A stretch of DNA of 64,000 bases from the human T2T-CHM13v2.0 reference genome, Homo sapiens. The stretch lies in NCBI RefSeq assembly GCF_009914755.1, contig NC_060934.1; one strand, 5' to 3'. The notes beneath the pieces are model-generated. The model was not told the origin of the DNA. It ran no database searches and worked only from the letters and a program-made list of their open reading frames with translations. The position numbers and the translations under genes were made by a program. Positions 12,640 through 25,048 of this stretch are shown here, piece by piece; positions within the stretch are counted from its first letter, which is position 1; every line of letters starts with the position of its first letter.

Positions 12640-13505
12640 CACGTTAAGAAGCGTCACCGTTTCAACAGCACCACGTCTTCCAATTCGTGAGCACAGGACG
12701 TCTTTCCTTTTATTTAGCTCTTTAATTTCTTCCAGCAAAGCGTTGCTGTCTCCAGTGTACACATCTTGCACCTCCTTGGTTGAATTTTTTTCCCAGGGAT
12801 TTTATTCTTTTGATGTTATTATAAATGGGGTTCTTTTCTTAACTTTCCTTTCAGATTGCTTATTTGTTTGTGAACAAAACACAACCGATTTCTGTGTGCC
12901 AACCTTGTGTCCGGCAGCTTTGCTGAGTTCCTTTATTGGCTCTAGTTGGTGTTTTGTTAATTCTTTAGTATTTCCTGTATATATAATTATCACGCCATCT
13001 GTACATAAGGATAATTCTACTTCTTCCCTTCCAGTCTGGAGGGCTTTATTTCTTTTTCTTGCCTAATTGTGCTGGCTACAACTTCCAATACAAAATGAGT
13101 CTCTCTTTTTTTTCTTTGTCGGTCTAGCTAAAGGTTTGCCAATTTTCTTGATCTGTTTAAAGAGCCAGTTTGAGTTTCATTGATGGTCTTTATTTTTCTG
13201 TTGTCTATTTTATTTGTCTCAGCTCTGGTCTTTATTACTTCCTTTCTTCTGTTAGCATTGGATTTAGCTTGCTCTTCTCTTTTCAGGTTTCTTGTGGTAT
13301 AAAATCAGATGGTTGACTTGAGCTCATTTTTCTTATGTGGATGTTCACAGCTATGAATTTTCCTCTGAGTGCTGCTTTTCCTGCATCCCTGAGCTGTCTC
13401 GTGGGTTTTTTTGTTTCATTTATCTCCACATAGTCATTTCTGCTTTTCCTTGTGATTTCTTCTCTGGCCCATTGGTTGTTTTAAAATATGCTGTTTAATT
13501 CTCAC
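12640..13505 (-). mobile_element. Old L1 (L1M-type) ORF2 fragment
   Basis: T-rich tract; minus-strand translation LLEEIKELNKRKDVLCSRIGR and ELSKAAGHKVGTQKSVVF resembles L1 ORF2. Confidence 0.85.
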
Positions 13506-14498
13506 AGATCTCTAGATAGTCAGGGAAAAAACCACCCTGTCTAAAATTGTGCTGCAACTTTTAGTGTCAAGCTGAATGAAGGGAGTCCCCACTTGATCAA
13601 TGCAGTGTGGTTTTGGGTGGCTTGTCTCTGCAAGGAGATCTTCATTACAATGATGAAAAACATTTTTTCATTTCTTTTCTGTGATTTGGGTACAGCAGAG
13701 GGGTGTGAGGGAGTGGGTGACCCTGCACATCCTGCTGTGTGGCCTGCCCTGGCCAGCCCAGCCTTCTTCCCTTTCTCCACATGTGAGGAGTGGAGTGGAT
13801 GTGGGCACGAGGGGCCAGGGAGTGCCTCAAGGTTAGGCCTGGACCAGGCATCACACAGACCTCCCCGAGCACACCTGGGAGTGTGCAGGACCTGCTGCCC
13901 TGCTGGTGTCTTCAGTGCAGGCATGGTTGTAGGTTGTGTGTGAATCTGGTCCCTGGCCCCAGAGCTCTGCCTCGGGGCCTCCTGTGGGTGAGAAACCACA
14001 CAGAACCTGGCGTGAGCCTTTGGCCAACAGAAGTGTCACCCTCAGCCTTGTAGGGGAGAGTTTAGGAGAAGGACAGGTGCAGCCTCAACCGAGGAGTCCA
14101 TGGACTCTTGGCACTGCTAAATGGGGCTAGGGTGACTCCGTGGAGAAGGAAGCAGGGAGGGACACCAGAAGGGAAGGAGGAAGAGGATTGGCAGGGAGGA
14201 GACAGAGGTGTTGGACACAGGACCCCCCAGGCCCACAGAGGCACCGGCTCAGCCACCCAACCCCTCACAGTGGTGCCTCCTTGGATTCAGGCACCCTCAC
14301 CTTTGACCAACATGGTGGCCACTGTCACCTCCCAATACTCTCAAGATTCTAGACACTAGACTCTGTTGCAAGACTCTGTTGCCAGTCCACAAAACACCAT
14401 TTGCAGTCTGCCCACCAGTCCTGACCACTACACACATTTGCCGCAGCCTCCTGATGCCTCCCTCAGATATCCCAAGACAGCTCAATACTGGGTGCATG

Positions 14499-14840
14499 TG
14501 GCCCCAGCTCCACCCCTCCCCTCACATCCTCCATGGTCCCAGCTCCACTCGGCCCCAGCTCCACCCCTCCCCTCATGTCCTCCATGGTCCCAGCTCCACT
14601 TGGCCCCAGCTCCACCCCTCCCCTCATGTCCTCCATGGTCCCAGCTCCACTCGGCCCCAGCTCCACCCGTCCCCTCATGTCCTCCATGGTCCCAGCTCCA
14701 CTTAGCCCCAGCTCCACCCGTCCATCAGTCCCACAAAGGAACCAGCTCCACTTGGCCCCAGCTCCACCCCTCCCCTCATGTCCTCCATGGCCCCGGCCCC
14801 ACCCCTGCCCCTCATATCCTCCATGGAACCAGCTCCACCC
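14499..14840. repeat. 51-bp C-rich minisatellite, ~4 full copies plus degenerate copies
   Basis: GGCCCCAGCTCCACCCCTCCCCTCATGTCCTCCATGGTCCCAGCTCCACTY; period 51 (14551 to 14602). Confidence 0.88.
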
Positions 14841-15637
14841 CCACAATGTCTTTGCAGCTCAGCAGCAGCACTGCTCTCCCAGCATTCGTGTCTGGGTGCT
14901 AGACATTTTGCCAAACTCTCTACCCCCTTTCCCAGATCAGGCCACACCTCCAGGCCCAGGAGTCTTCCCCACCTTTCCTGTCCCTCCTCCTCTCCCAGCC
15001 CCCGCTCCCTGGACCTCATCTTTCCTGCTCTGTGGACTGCCCTGACCCCAGCGGGCCTCCAGGTCCCTTTCTCAGCCTCCTGCTCTGCCACCTCCACACC
15101 ACCTGGATACTTTTTCTCCCCAGCTGGAAGCCTGACTGCTTGCCCCCACGACCACTCCCCAGACCCCCCATTGCTGCTCAGCTGTGGCTCAGAGCCTTCC
15201 TGTCTGCCCCTTCCTGGCCTCACCTGCCCTTTGAGCACTGAGGGTCGGTCCCTCCAGTGGGATGGTTACCTCCCGTCTCCATTCCAGCCTCCTCCCTGCA
15301 CCTCAGCTTCCTCTTAAGTGAGACCCCGACCTTCTGCCCGGTGCCCACCTCCTATTGCAGAGCAACTGTCCCCTGACCTCTCCTCCCCTCGATGACAATG
15401 ACGGGAAGGTCCCTCCTGGTTCATATTCTCCAGGCTTGGCATCCAGCCCCTCCTGATTAAATGTTGAAACCAGAAAGAGACAAACGGCAGGGATGTAGTA
15501 AATATGTGTGAAATCGGCCTCCAGGCTCAGCTGGGCTGGATGTGTCGATGGAAAGCAATCAGTTTCATACTTTGTTCTGAGGCTTGGGTGAGCAGCACAC
15601 TGCCCGTCATGCAGTGTCAGGCCCCACGGCCTCTGCA

Positions 15638-15801
15638 CACTCAGGGCGGGGCTGGAAGGACTCGGGACTCAGCAGTGGTGGCATTCCTGGGTGTGGTTTG
15701 TCTCCACAGAAAGATACACTCAGGGAGGGGCTGGAAGATACACTCAGGACTCAGCAGCGGCGGCGTTCCTGGGTGTGGTTTGTCTCCACAGAAGGATACA
15801 C
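15638..15801. repeat. ~80-bp tandem duplication
   Basis: CACTCAGGG.GGGGCTGGAAG...TTCCTGGGTGTGGTTTGTCTCCACAGAA.GATACA occurs twice. Confidence 0.8.
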
Positions 15802-16751
15802 CACAGGGCCAACGAGGGAAAAGACATCCAGCAGGGTCCAAGACTCCAGGTGCCGTCTCCAAAGTTCTCCTGTCCTGGGAGACGGCAGGTGGGGAGGATC
15901 CACACGGAACCTGCTCCTTCCTCCAGCAGCAAAATGCAGCAAAGTGTGCCCCGCACTTCTGCCCAGGAGGCCGCTCAGGCTCAAGCTCCGCATTCTTGCT
16001 GGGACAGGTCACTCCTGTGTGCTCTGCCAGCTCCGCTGGCCACAGCTACGGAGCCTCACACTCTGGCGGGAAGGCAGGTGCTGCCGTCAGTCATAAGGTT
16101 CATGCAAACAGCCCAGGCTGCTGTAGTGCCACATCCTGCGTCCCTGCACACAGAGCAGCCTTATCAGGCAGTGCGTGGGGAATGTGCTGAAAGCCACTGA
16201 CCCAGGCACCTGCCACGCCCCAGAGCTGGCCCTTCTGCAGAGCAACACTGAGCTGCACAGGGTCGAATGTTCAGAGAGAAGCTCCTTGGATCTGCCATTT
16301 CTAACTATATGAGTGAGAAGAAAGAAAGCCTGAGAGAGAGAGAGTCGGTAAGAAATATAAAGAAATACTGGAAGAAAAAGAATAAGGGCAAATATTATGC
16401 ACCCTGAGCTGACCCTTTGTACACAAAACAAAAGCCAGTGGTCTGATGCCCATGTCTGAACAATTAGCCTGCTTCCTCTATACCCATATCTCACAATCCA
16501 GATTTATTTTCCGGAATTCTGTTTTGACCTCTATTCAGCCTCTTCCCCTTCCTTGTCTTTAGTTTCCTGCCCAATCCCTTTGCCGCAGAGTGATGTCTGC
16601 ATGGGGCCCTGGACACAGGTGCTGCTGGATAATTCAGTGATCCCAGGTCCCCAAGCACCTGCTCCAATGTGAGCACAGCCCACTGAAGGGTTGTTTCTGA
16701 ATCTGTTAAGTGGAAATGTGGCTGAACTGGGGAGGTTCTGGGTAGGCTGGG

Positions 16752-19700
16752 CCACCTGCCCACCAGGGACACCTGCCCTCCTAATCCTGCCAAGCCACCT
16801 GCCTGCCATGGGCAGCTCCCCTCCTAATCCTGCTGGCCACCTGCCCGCCAGGGGTGCCTCCTCTCCTAATCCCACCAGACCACCTGCCCGCCGTGAGCAC
16901 CTCCCTCCTAATCCCTCCAGACAACCTGCCCACCACAGGCACCTCCCTCCTAATCCCACCAGACAACCTGCCCACCACAGGCACCTCCCTCCTAATCCCA
17001 CCAGACAACCTGCCCCCCCGGGAACCATCCCTCCTAATCCCACCAGACCACCTGCCCACCACGGACACCTCCCTCCTAATCCCACCAGACAACCTGCCCA
17101 CCACGGACACCTCCCTCCTAATCCCACCAGACAACCTGCCCACCACGGACACCTCCCTCCTAATCCCACCAGACAACCTGCCCACCACGGACACCTCCCT
17201 CCTAATCCCACCAGACAACCTGCCCACCACAGACACCTCCCTCCTAATCCCACCAGACAACCTGCCCACCACGGGCACCTCCCTCCTAATCCCACCAGAC
17301 CACCTGCCCACCACGGGCACCTCCCTCCTAATCCCACCAGACCACCTGCCCACCACAGACACCTCCCTCCTAATCCCACCAGACAACCTGCCCACCACAG
17401 GCACCTCCCTCCTAATCCCTCCAGACAACCTGCCCACCACGGGCACCTCCCTCCTAATCCCACCAGACCACCTGCCCACCACAGACACCTCCCTCCTAAT
17501 CCCACCAGACAACCTGCCCACCACAGGCACCTCCCTCCTAATCCCTCCAGACAACCGGCCCACCACGGACACCTCCCTCCTAATCCCACCAGACCACCTG
17601 CCCACCACAGACACCTCCCTCCTAATCCCACCAGACAACCTGCCCACCACAGGCACCTCCCTCCTAATCCCACCAGACAACCTGCCCACCACGGGCACCT
17701 CCCTCCTAATCCCACCAGACAACCTGCCCACCACGGGCACCTCCCTCCTAATCCCACCAGACAACCTGCCCACCACAGGCACCTCCCTCCTAATCCCTCC
17801 AGACCACCTGCCCACCACAGACACCTCCCTCCTAATCCCTCCAGACAACCTGCCCACCACAGACACCTCCCTCCTAATCCCTCCAGACCACCTGCCCACC
17901 ACGGGCACCTCCCTCCTAATCCCTCCAGACCACCTGCCCACCACAGACACCTCCCTCCTAATCCCTCCAGACCACCTGCCCACCACAGGCACCTCCCTCC
18001 TAATCCCTCCAGACCACCTGCCCACCACAGACACCTCCCTCCTAATCCCTCCAGACCACCTGCCCACCACAGACACCTCCCTCCTAATCCCACCAGACAA
18101 CCTGCCCACCACAGGCACCTCCCTCCTAATCCCTCCAGACCACCTGCCCACCACGGGCACCTCCCTCCTAATCCCTCCAGACCACCTGCCCACCACAGAC
18201 ACCTCCCTCCTAATCCCTCCAGACCACCTGCCCACCACAGACACCTCCCTCCTAATCCCTCCAGACCACCTGCCCACCACAGACACCTCCCTCCTAATCC
18301 CACCAGACCACCTGCCCACCACAGGCACCTCCCTCCTAATCCCTCCAGACAACCTGCCCACCACGGGCACCTCCCTCCTAATCCCACCAGACCACCTGCC
18401 CACCACAGGCACCTCCCTCCTAATCCCACCAGACAACCTGCCCACCACAGACACCTCCCTCCTAATCCCACCAGACAACCTGCCCACCACGGACACCTCC
18501 CTCCTAATCCCACCAGACAACCTGCCCACCACGGACACCTCCCTCCTAATCCCACCAGACAACCTGCCCACCACGGGCACCTCCCTCCTAATCCCACCAG
18601 ACAACCTGCCCACCACAGGCACCTCCCTCCTAATCCCTCCAGACAACCTGCCCACCACGGGCACCTCCCTCCTAATCCCACCAGACAACCTGCCCACCAC
18701 AGACACCTCCCTCCTAATCCCACCAGACAACCTGCCCGCCACAGACACCTCCCTCCTAATCCCTCCAGACCACCTGCCCACCACGGGCACCTCCCTCCTA
18801 ATCCCTCCAGACAACCTGCCCACCACAGACACCTCCCTCCTAATCCCACCAGACAACCTGCCCGCCACAGACACCTCCCTCCTAATCCCTCCAGACCACC
18901 TGCCCACCACAGACACCTCCCTCCTAATCCCTCCAGACCACCTGCCCACCACGGACACCTCCCTCCTAATCCCACCAGACCACCTGCCCACCACAGACAC
19001 CTCCCTCCTAATCCCTCCAGACCACCTGCCCACCACGGGCACCTCCCTCCTAATCCCTCCAGACAACCTGCCCACCACAGACACCTCCCTCCTAATCCCA
19101 CCAGACAACCTGCCCGCCACAGACACCTCCCTCCTAATCCCTCCAGACCACCTGCCCACCACAGACACCTCCCTCCTAATCCCACCAGACAACCTGCCCA
19201 CCACAGACACCTCCCTCCTAATCCCACCAGACAACCTGCCCACCACAGACACCTCCCTCCTAATCCCACCAGACAACCTGCCCACCACAGACACCTCCCT
19301 CCTAATCCCACCAGACAACCTGCCCACCACGGGCACCTCCCTCCTAATCCCACCAGACAACCTGCCCACCACGGGCACCTCCCTCCTAATCCCACCAGAC
19401 AACCTGCCCACCACAGACACCTCCCTCCTAATCCCACCAGACAACCTGCCCACCACGGGCACCTCCCTCCTAATCCCACCAGACAACCTGCCCACCACGG
19501 GCACCTCCCTCCTAATCCCACCAGACAACCTGCCCACCACAGACACCTCCCTCCTAATCCCACCAGACCACCTGCCCACCACAGACACCTCCCTCCTAAT
19601 CCCTCCAGACCACCTGCCCACCACGGGCACCTCCCTCCTAATCCCTCCAGACAACCTGCCCGCCACAGACACCTCCCTCCTAATCCCTCCAGACCACCTG

Positions 19701-22700
19701 CCCACCACAGACACCTCCCTCCTAATCCCTCCAGACCACCTGCCCACCACAGACACCTCCCTCCTAATCCCTCCAGACCACCTGCCCACCACAGACACCT
19801 CCCTCCTAATCCCACCAGACAACCTGCCCACCACGGGCACCTCCCTCCTAATCCCACCAGACAACCTGCCCACCACAGACACCTCCCTCCTAATCCCACC
19901 AGACAACCTGCCCACCACAGACACCTCCCTCCTAATCCCTCCAGACCACCTGCCCACCACAGACACCTCCCTCCTAATCCCACCAGACAACCTGCCCACC
20001 ACAGACACCTCCCTCCTAATCCCACCAGACAACCTGCCCACCACAGACACCTCCCTCCTAATCCCACCAGACAACCTGCCCACCACAGACACCTCCCTCC
20101 TAATCCCACCAGACCACCTGCCCACCACAGACACCTCCCTCCTAATCCCACCAGACAACCTGCCCACCACGGGCACCTCCCTCCTAATCCCACCAGACAA
20201 CCTGCCCACCACAGACACCTCCCTCCTAATCCCACCAGACAACCTGCCCACCACAGACACCTCCCTCCTAATCCCTCCAGACCACCTGCCCACCACAGAC
20301 ACCTCCCTCCTAATCCCACCAGACAACCTGCCCACCACAGACACCTCCCTCCTAATCCCACCAGACAACCTGCCCACCACAGACACCTCCCTCCTAATCC
20401 CACCAGACAACCTGCCCACCACAGACACCTCCCTCCTAATCCCACCAGACCACCTGCCCACCACAGACACCTCCCTCCTAATCCCACCAGACAACCTGCC
20501 CACCACGGGCACCTCCCTCCTAATCCCACCAGACAACCTGCCCACCACAGACACCTCCCTCCTAATCCCACCAGACAACCTGCCCACCACAGACACCTCC
20601 CTCCTAATCCCTCCAGACCACCTGCCCACCACAGACACCTCCCTCCTAATCCCACCAGACAACCTGCCCACCACAGACACCTCCCTCCTAATCCCTCCAG
20701 ACCACCTGCCCACCACAGACACCTCCCTCCTAATCCCTCCAGACAACCTGCCCACCACAGACACCTCCCTCCTAATCCCTCCAGACAACCTGCCCACCAC
20801 AGACACCTCCCTCCTAATCCCACCAGACAACCTGCCCACCACGGGCACCTCCCTCCTAATCCCACCAGACAACCTGCCCACCACAGACACCTCCCTCCTA
20901 ATCCCACCAGACAACCTGCCCACCACGGGCACCTCCCTCCTAATCCCACCAGACAACCTGCCCACCACAGGCACCTCCCTCCTAATCCCTCCAGACAACC
21001 TGCCCACCACGGGCACCTCCCTCCTAATCCCACCAGACAACCTGCCCACCACAGACACCTCCCTCCTAATCCCACCAGACAACCTGCCCGCCACAGACAC
21101 CTCCCTCCTAATCCCTCCAGACCACCTGCCCACCACGGGCACCTCCCTCCTAATCCCTCCAGACAACCTGCCCACCACAGACACCTCCCTCCTAATCCCA
21201 CCAGACAACCTGCCCGCCACAGACACCTCCCTCCTAATCCCTCCAGACCACCTGCCCACCACAGACACCTCCCTCCTAATCCCTCCAGACCACCTGCCCA
21301 CCACGGACACCTCCCTCCTAATCCCACCAGACCACCTGCCCACCACGGGCACCTCCCTCCTAATCCCTCCAGACAACCTGCCCACCACAGACACCTCCCT
21401 CCTAATCCCACCAGACCACCTGCCCACCACAGGCACCTCCCTCCTAATCCCCCCAGACAACCTGCCCACCACGGACACCTCCCTCCTAATCCCACCAGAC
21501 CACCTGCCCACCACGGGCACCTCCCTCCTAATCCCACCAGACCACCTGCCCACCACAGACACCTCCCTCCTAATCCCTCCAGACCACCTGCCCACCACGG
21601 GCACCTCCCTCCTAATCCCACCAGACCACCTGCCCACCACGGGCACCTCCCTCCTAATCCCACCAGACCACCTGCCCACCACGGGCACCTCCCTCCTAAT
21701 CCCACCAGACCACCTGCCCACCACAGACACCTCCCTCCTAATCCCTCCAGACCACCTGCCCACCACGGGCACCTCCCTCCTAATCCCACCAGACAACCTG
21801 CCCACCACGGGCACCTCCCTCCTAATCCCCCCAGACAACCTGCCCACCACAGACACCTCCCTCCTAATCCCACCAGACCACCTGCCCACCACGGGCACCT
21901 CCCTCCTAATCCCACCAGACCACCTGCCCACCACGGGCACCTCCCTCCTAATCCCACCAGACCACCTGCCCACCACGGGCACCTCCCTCCTAATCCCACC
22001 AGACCACCTGCCCACCACGGGCACCTCCCTCCTAATCCCACCAGACAACCTGCCCACCACGGGCACCTCCCTCCTAATCCCACCAGACCACCTGCCCACC
22101 ACAGGCACCTCCCTCCTAATCCCACCAGACAACCTGCCCACCACGGGCACCTCCCTCCTAATCCCCCCAGACCACCTGCCCACCACGGGCACCTCCCTCC
22201 TAATCCCACCAGACAACCTGCCCACCACGGGCACCTCCCTCCTAATCCCACCAGACAACCTGCCCACCACAGACACCTCCCTCCTAATCCCACCAGACAA
22301 CCTGCCCACCACGGGCACCTCCCTCCTAATCCCACCAGACAACCTGCCCACCACAGACACCTCCCTCCTAATCCCACCAGACAACCTGCCCACCACGGGC
22401 ACCTCCCTCCTAATCCCACCAGACCACCTGCCCACCACAGACACCTCCCTCCTAATCCCACCAGACAACCTGCCCACCACGGGCACCTCCCTCCTAATCC
22501 CACCAGACAACCTGCCCACCACAGACACCTCCCTCCTAATCCCACCAGACAACCTGCCCACCACGGGCACCTCCCTCCTAATCCCACCAGACAACCTGCC
22601 CACCACAGACACCTCCCTCCTAATCCCACCAGACCACCTGCCCACCACAGGCACCTCCCTCCTAATCCCACCAGACCACCTGCCCACCACGGGCACCTCC

Positions 22701-23853
22701 CTCCTAATCCCTCCAGACCACCTGCCCACCACGGGCACCTCCCTCCTAATCCCACCAGACAACCTGCCCACCACAGGCACCTCCCTCCTAATCCCACCAG
22801 ACCACCTGCCCACCACGGGCACCTCCCTCCTAATCCCACCAGACAACCTGCCCACCACGGGCACCTCCCTCCTAATCCCACCAGACCACCTGCCCACCAC
22901 GGGCACCTCCCTCCTAATCCCTCCAGACCACCTGCCCACCACAGACACCTCCCTCCTAATCCCTCCAGACCACCTGCCCACCACGGGCACCTCCCTCCTA
23001 ATCCCTCCAGACCACCTGCCCACCACGGGCACCTCCCTCCTAATCCCTCCAGACCACCTGCCCACCACAGACACCTCCCTCCTAATCCCACCAGACCACC
23101 TGCCCACCACGGGCACCTCCCTCCTAATCCCACCAGACCACCTGCCCACCACAGACACCTCCCTCCTAATCCCTCCAGACCACCTGCCCACCACGGGCAC
23201 CTCCCTCCTAATCCCTCCAGACCACCTGCCCACCACGGGCACCTCCCTCCTAATCCCTCCAGACCACCTGCCCACCACAGACACCTCCCTCCTAATCCCA
23301 CCAGACCACCTGCCCACCACGGGCACCTCCCTCCTAATCCCTCCAGACCACCTGCCCACCACAGGCACCTCCCTCCTAATCCCTCCAGACCACCTGCCCA
23401 CCACGGGCACCTCCCTCCTAATCCCTCCAGACAACCTGCCCACCACGGGCACCTCCCTCCTAATCCCTCCAGACAACCTGCCCACCACGGACACCTCCCT
23501 CCTAATCCCTCCAGACCACCTGCCCACCACGGGCACCTCCCTCCTAATCCCTCCAGACAACCTGCCCACCACGGGCACCTCCCTCCTAATCCCACCAGAC
23601 AACCTGCCCGCCACAGACACCTCCCTCCTAATCCCTCCAGACCACCTGCCCGCCACAGACACCTCCCTCCTAATCCCTCCAGACCACCTGCCCACCACGG
23701 GCACCTCCCTCCTAATCCCACCAGACAACCTGCCCACCACAGGCACCTCCCTCCTAATCCCTCCAGACCACCTGCCCACCACAGACACCTCCCTCCTAAT
23801 GCCTCCAGACCACCTGCCTGCCATGGGCATCTCCCTCCTAATCCTGCTGGCCA
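16752..23853. repeat. Large intronic 42-bp VNTR, ~169 units
   Basis: Consensus ACCTCCCTCCTAATCCC[A/T]CCAGAC[A/C]ACCTGCCC[A/G]CCAC[A/G]G[A/G]C; register repeats every 420 bp (10 units); degenerate units at both ends. Confidence 0.99.
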
Positions 23854-24054
23854 GCCCACTTTGAGGAAGGGCCTCTAAGTAGACAGAACTTTCCACATTT
23901 TCTGCTCCCTTTGCCAGCCAAAAGGAAGACACTCCAGAAACAAGCAGACCTTTTGTGATTTCATAGGTGCTCGGGGGCTGATTCCCCATTTAGCCATGAA
24001 TAATGACATCTTAATTTTGCAGTACGGCCACCCTTTCTGATCAAGTGCACCAAG

Positions 24055-25048
24055 CTGTGTCAGTTATTTGGGGTCTGCGGGCCGCATCGGTTATCTGGGG
24101 TCTGCAGGCTGCGTCAGTTATTTGGGGTCTGCGGGCCGTGTCGGTTATTTGGGGTCTACGGGCCGCGTCCATTATTTGGGGTCTGCGGGCCATGTCGGTT
24201 ATTTGGGGTCTACGGGCCACGTCAGTTATTTGGGGTCTGCGGGCCGCGTCGGTTATTTGGGGTCTGTAAGCAGTGTTGGTTATTTGGGGTCTGCAGGCCG
24301 CGTCGGTTATTTGAGGTCTGTGGGCCGCATCGGTTATTTGAGGTCTGCGGGCCGTGTCGGTTATTTGGAGTCTACGGGCTACGTCGGTTATTTGGGGTCT
24401 ACGGGCCGCGTCCGTTATTTGGGGTCTGTGGGCCATGTCGGTTATTTGGGGTCTACGGGCCACGTCAGTTATTTGGGGTCTGCGGGCCGCGTCGGTTATT
24501 TGAGGTCTGCGGGCCGCGTCGGTTATTTGGGGTCTGTAAGCTATGTCGGTTATTTGGGGTCTGCGGGCCGTGTTGGTTCGGTTATTTGGGGTCTGTAAGC
24601 TGTGTTGGTTATTGGAGGTCTGCGGGCCACGTCGGTTATTTGGGGTCTGCGGGCCGCGTCAGTTCGGTTATTTGGGGTCTGTAAGCTGTGTCGGTTATTT
24701 GAGGTCTGCGGGCTGTGTCGGTTATTTGGGGTCTGCGGGCCGCGTCAGTTATTTGGGGTCTATAAGCTGTGTCAGTTATTTGGGGTCTGCGGGCCGCGTC
24801 AGTTATTTGGGGTCTATAAGCTGTGTCAGTTATTTGGGGTCTGCGGGCCGTGTCGGTTCGGTTATTTGGGGTCTGTAAGCTGTGTCGGTTATTTGAGGTC
24901 TGTGGGCCACGTCGGTTATTTGAGGTCTGTAAGCCGCGTCGGTTATTTGAGGTCTGTAAGCCGCGTCGGTTATTTGAGGTCTGCGGGCCGCGTCAGTTAT
25001 TTGAGGTCTGTAAGCTGTGTCAGTTATTTGGGGTCTGTGGGCCGTGTT
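24055..25048. repeat. 27-bp CpG-rich VNTR, ~36 units
   Basis: GTCGGTTATTTGGGGTCTGCGGGCCGC with a TGTAAGCTGT variant and occasional 5-bp GGTTC insertions. Confidence 0.96.

Noticed and set aside
16752-23853. PRDM9 hotspot motif or telomeric repeat in the 42-mer
   Set aside because: Only the CCTCCCT heptamer matches and the CCNCCNTNNCCNC 13-mer fails; the minus strand reads TTAGGA, not TTAGGG.
16531-23989. Four ORFs of 2300-2440 aa on both strands
   Set aside because: They follow from a 42-bp (14-codon) unit with a stop in only one frame per strand. Four overlapping frames are open and there is no promoter or start evidence, so they are not independent genes. Only the conditional splice-in scenario is kept as a finding.
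16752-25048. CRISPR-like or other prokaryotic repeat system
   Set aside because: Units are head-to-tail with no unique spacers and no cas genes; the context is primate DNA with Alu, L1 and spliceosomal introns.
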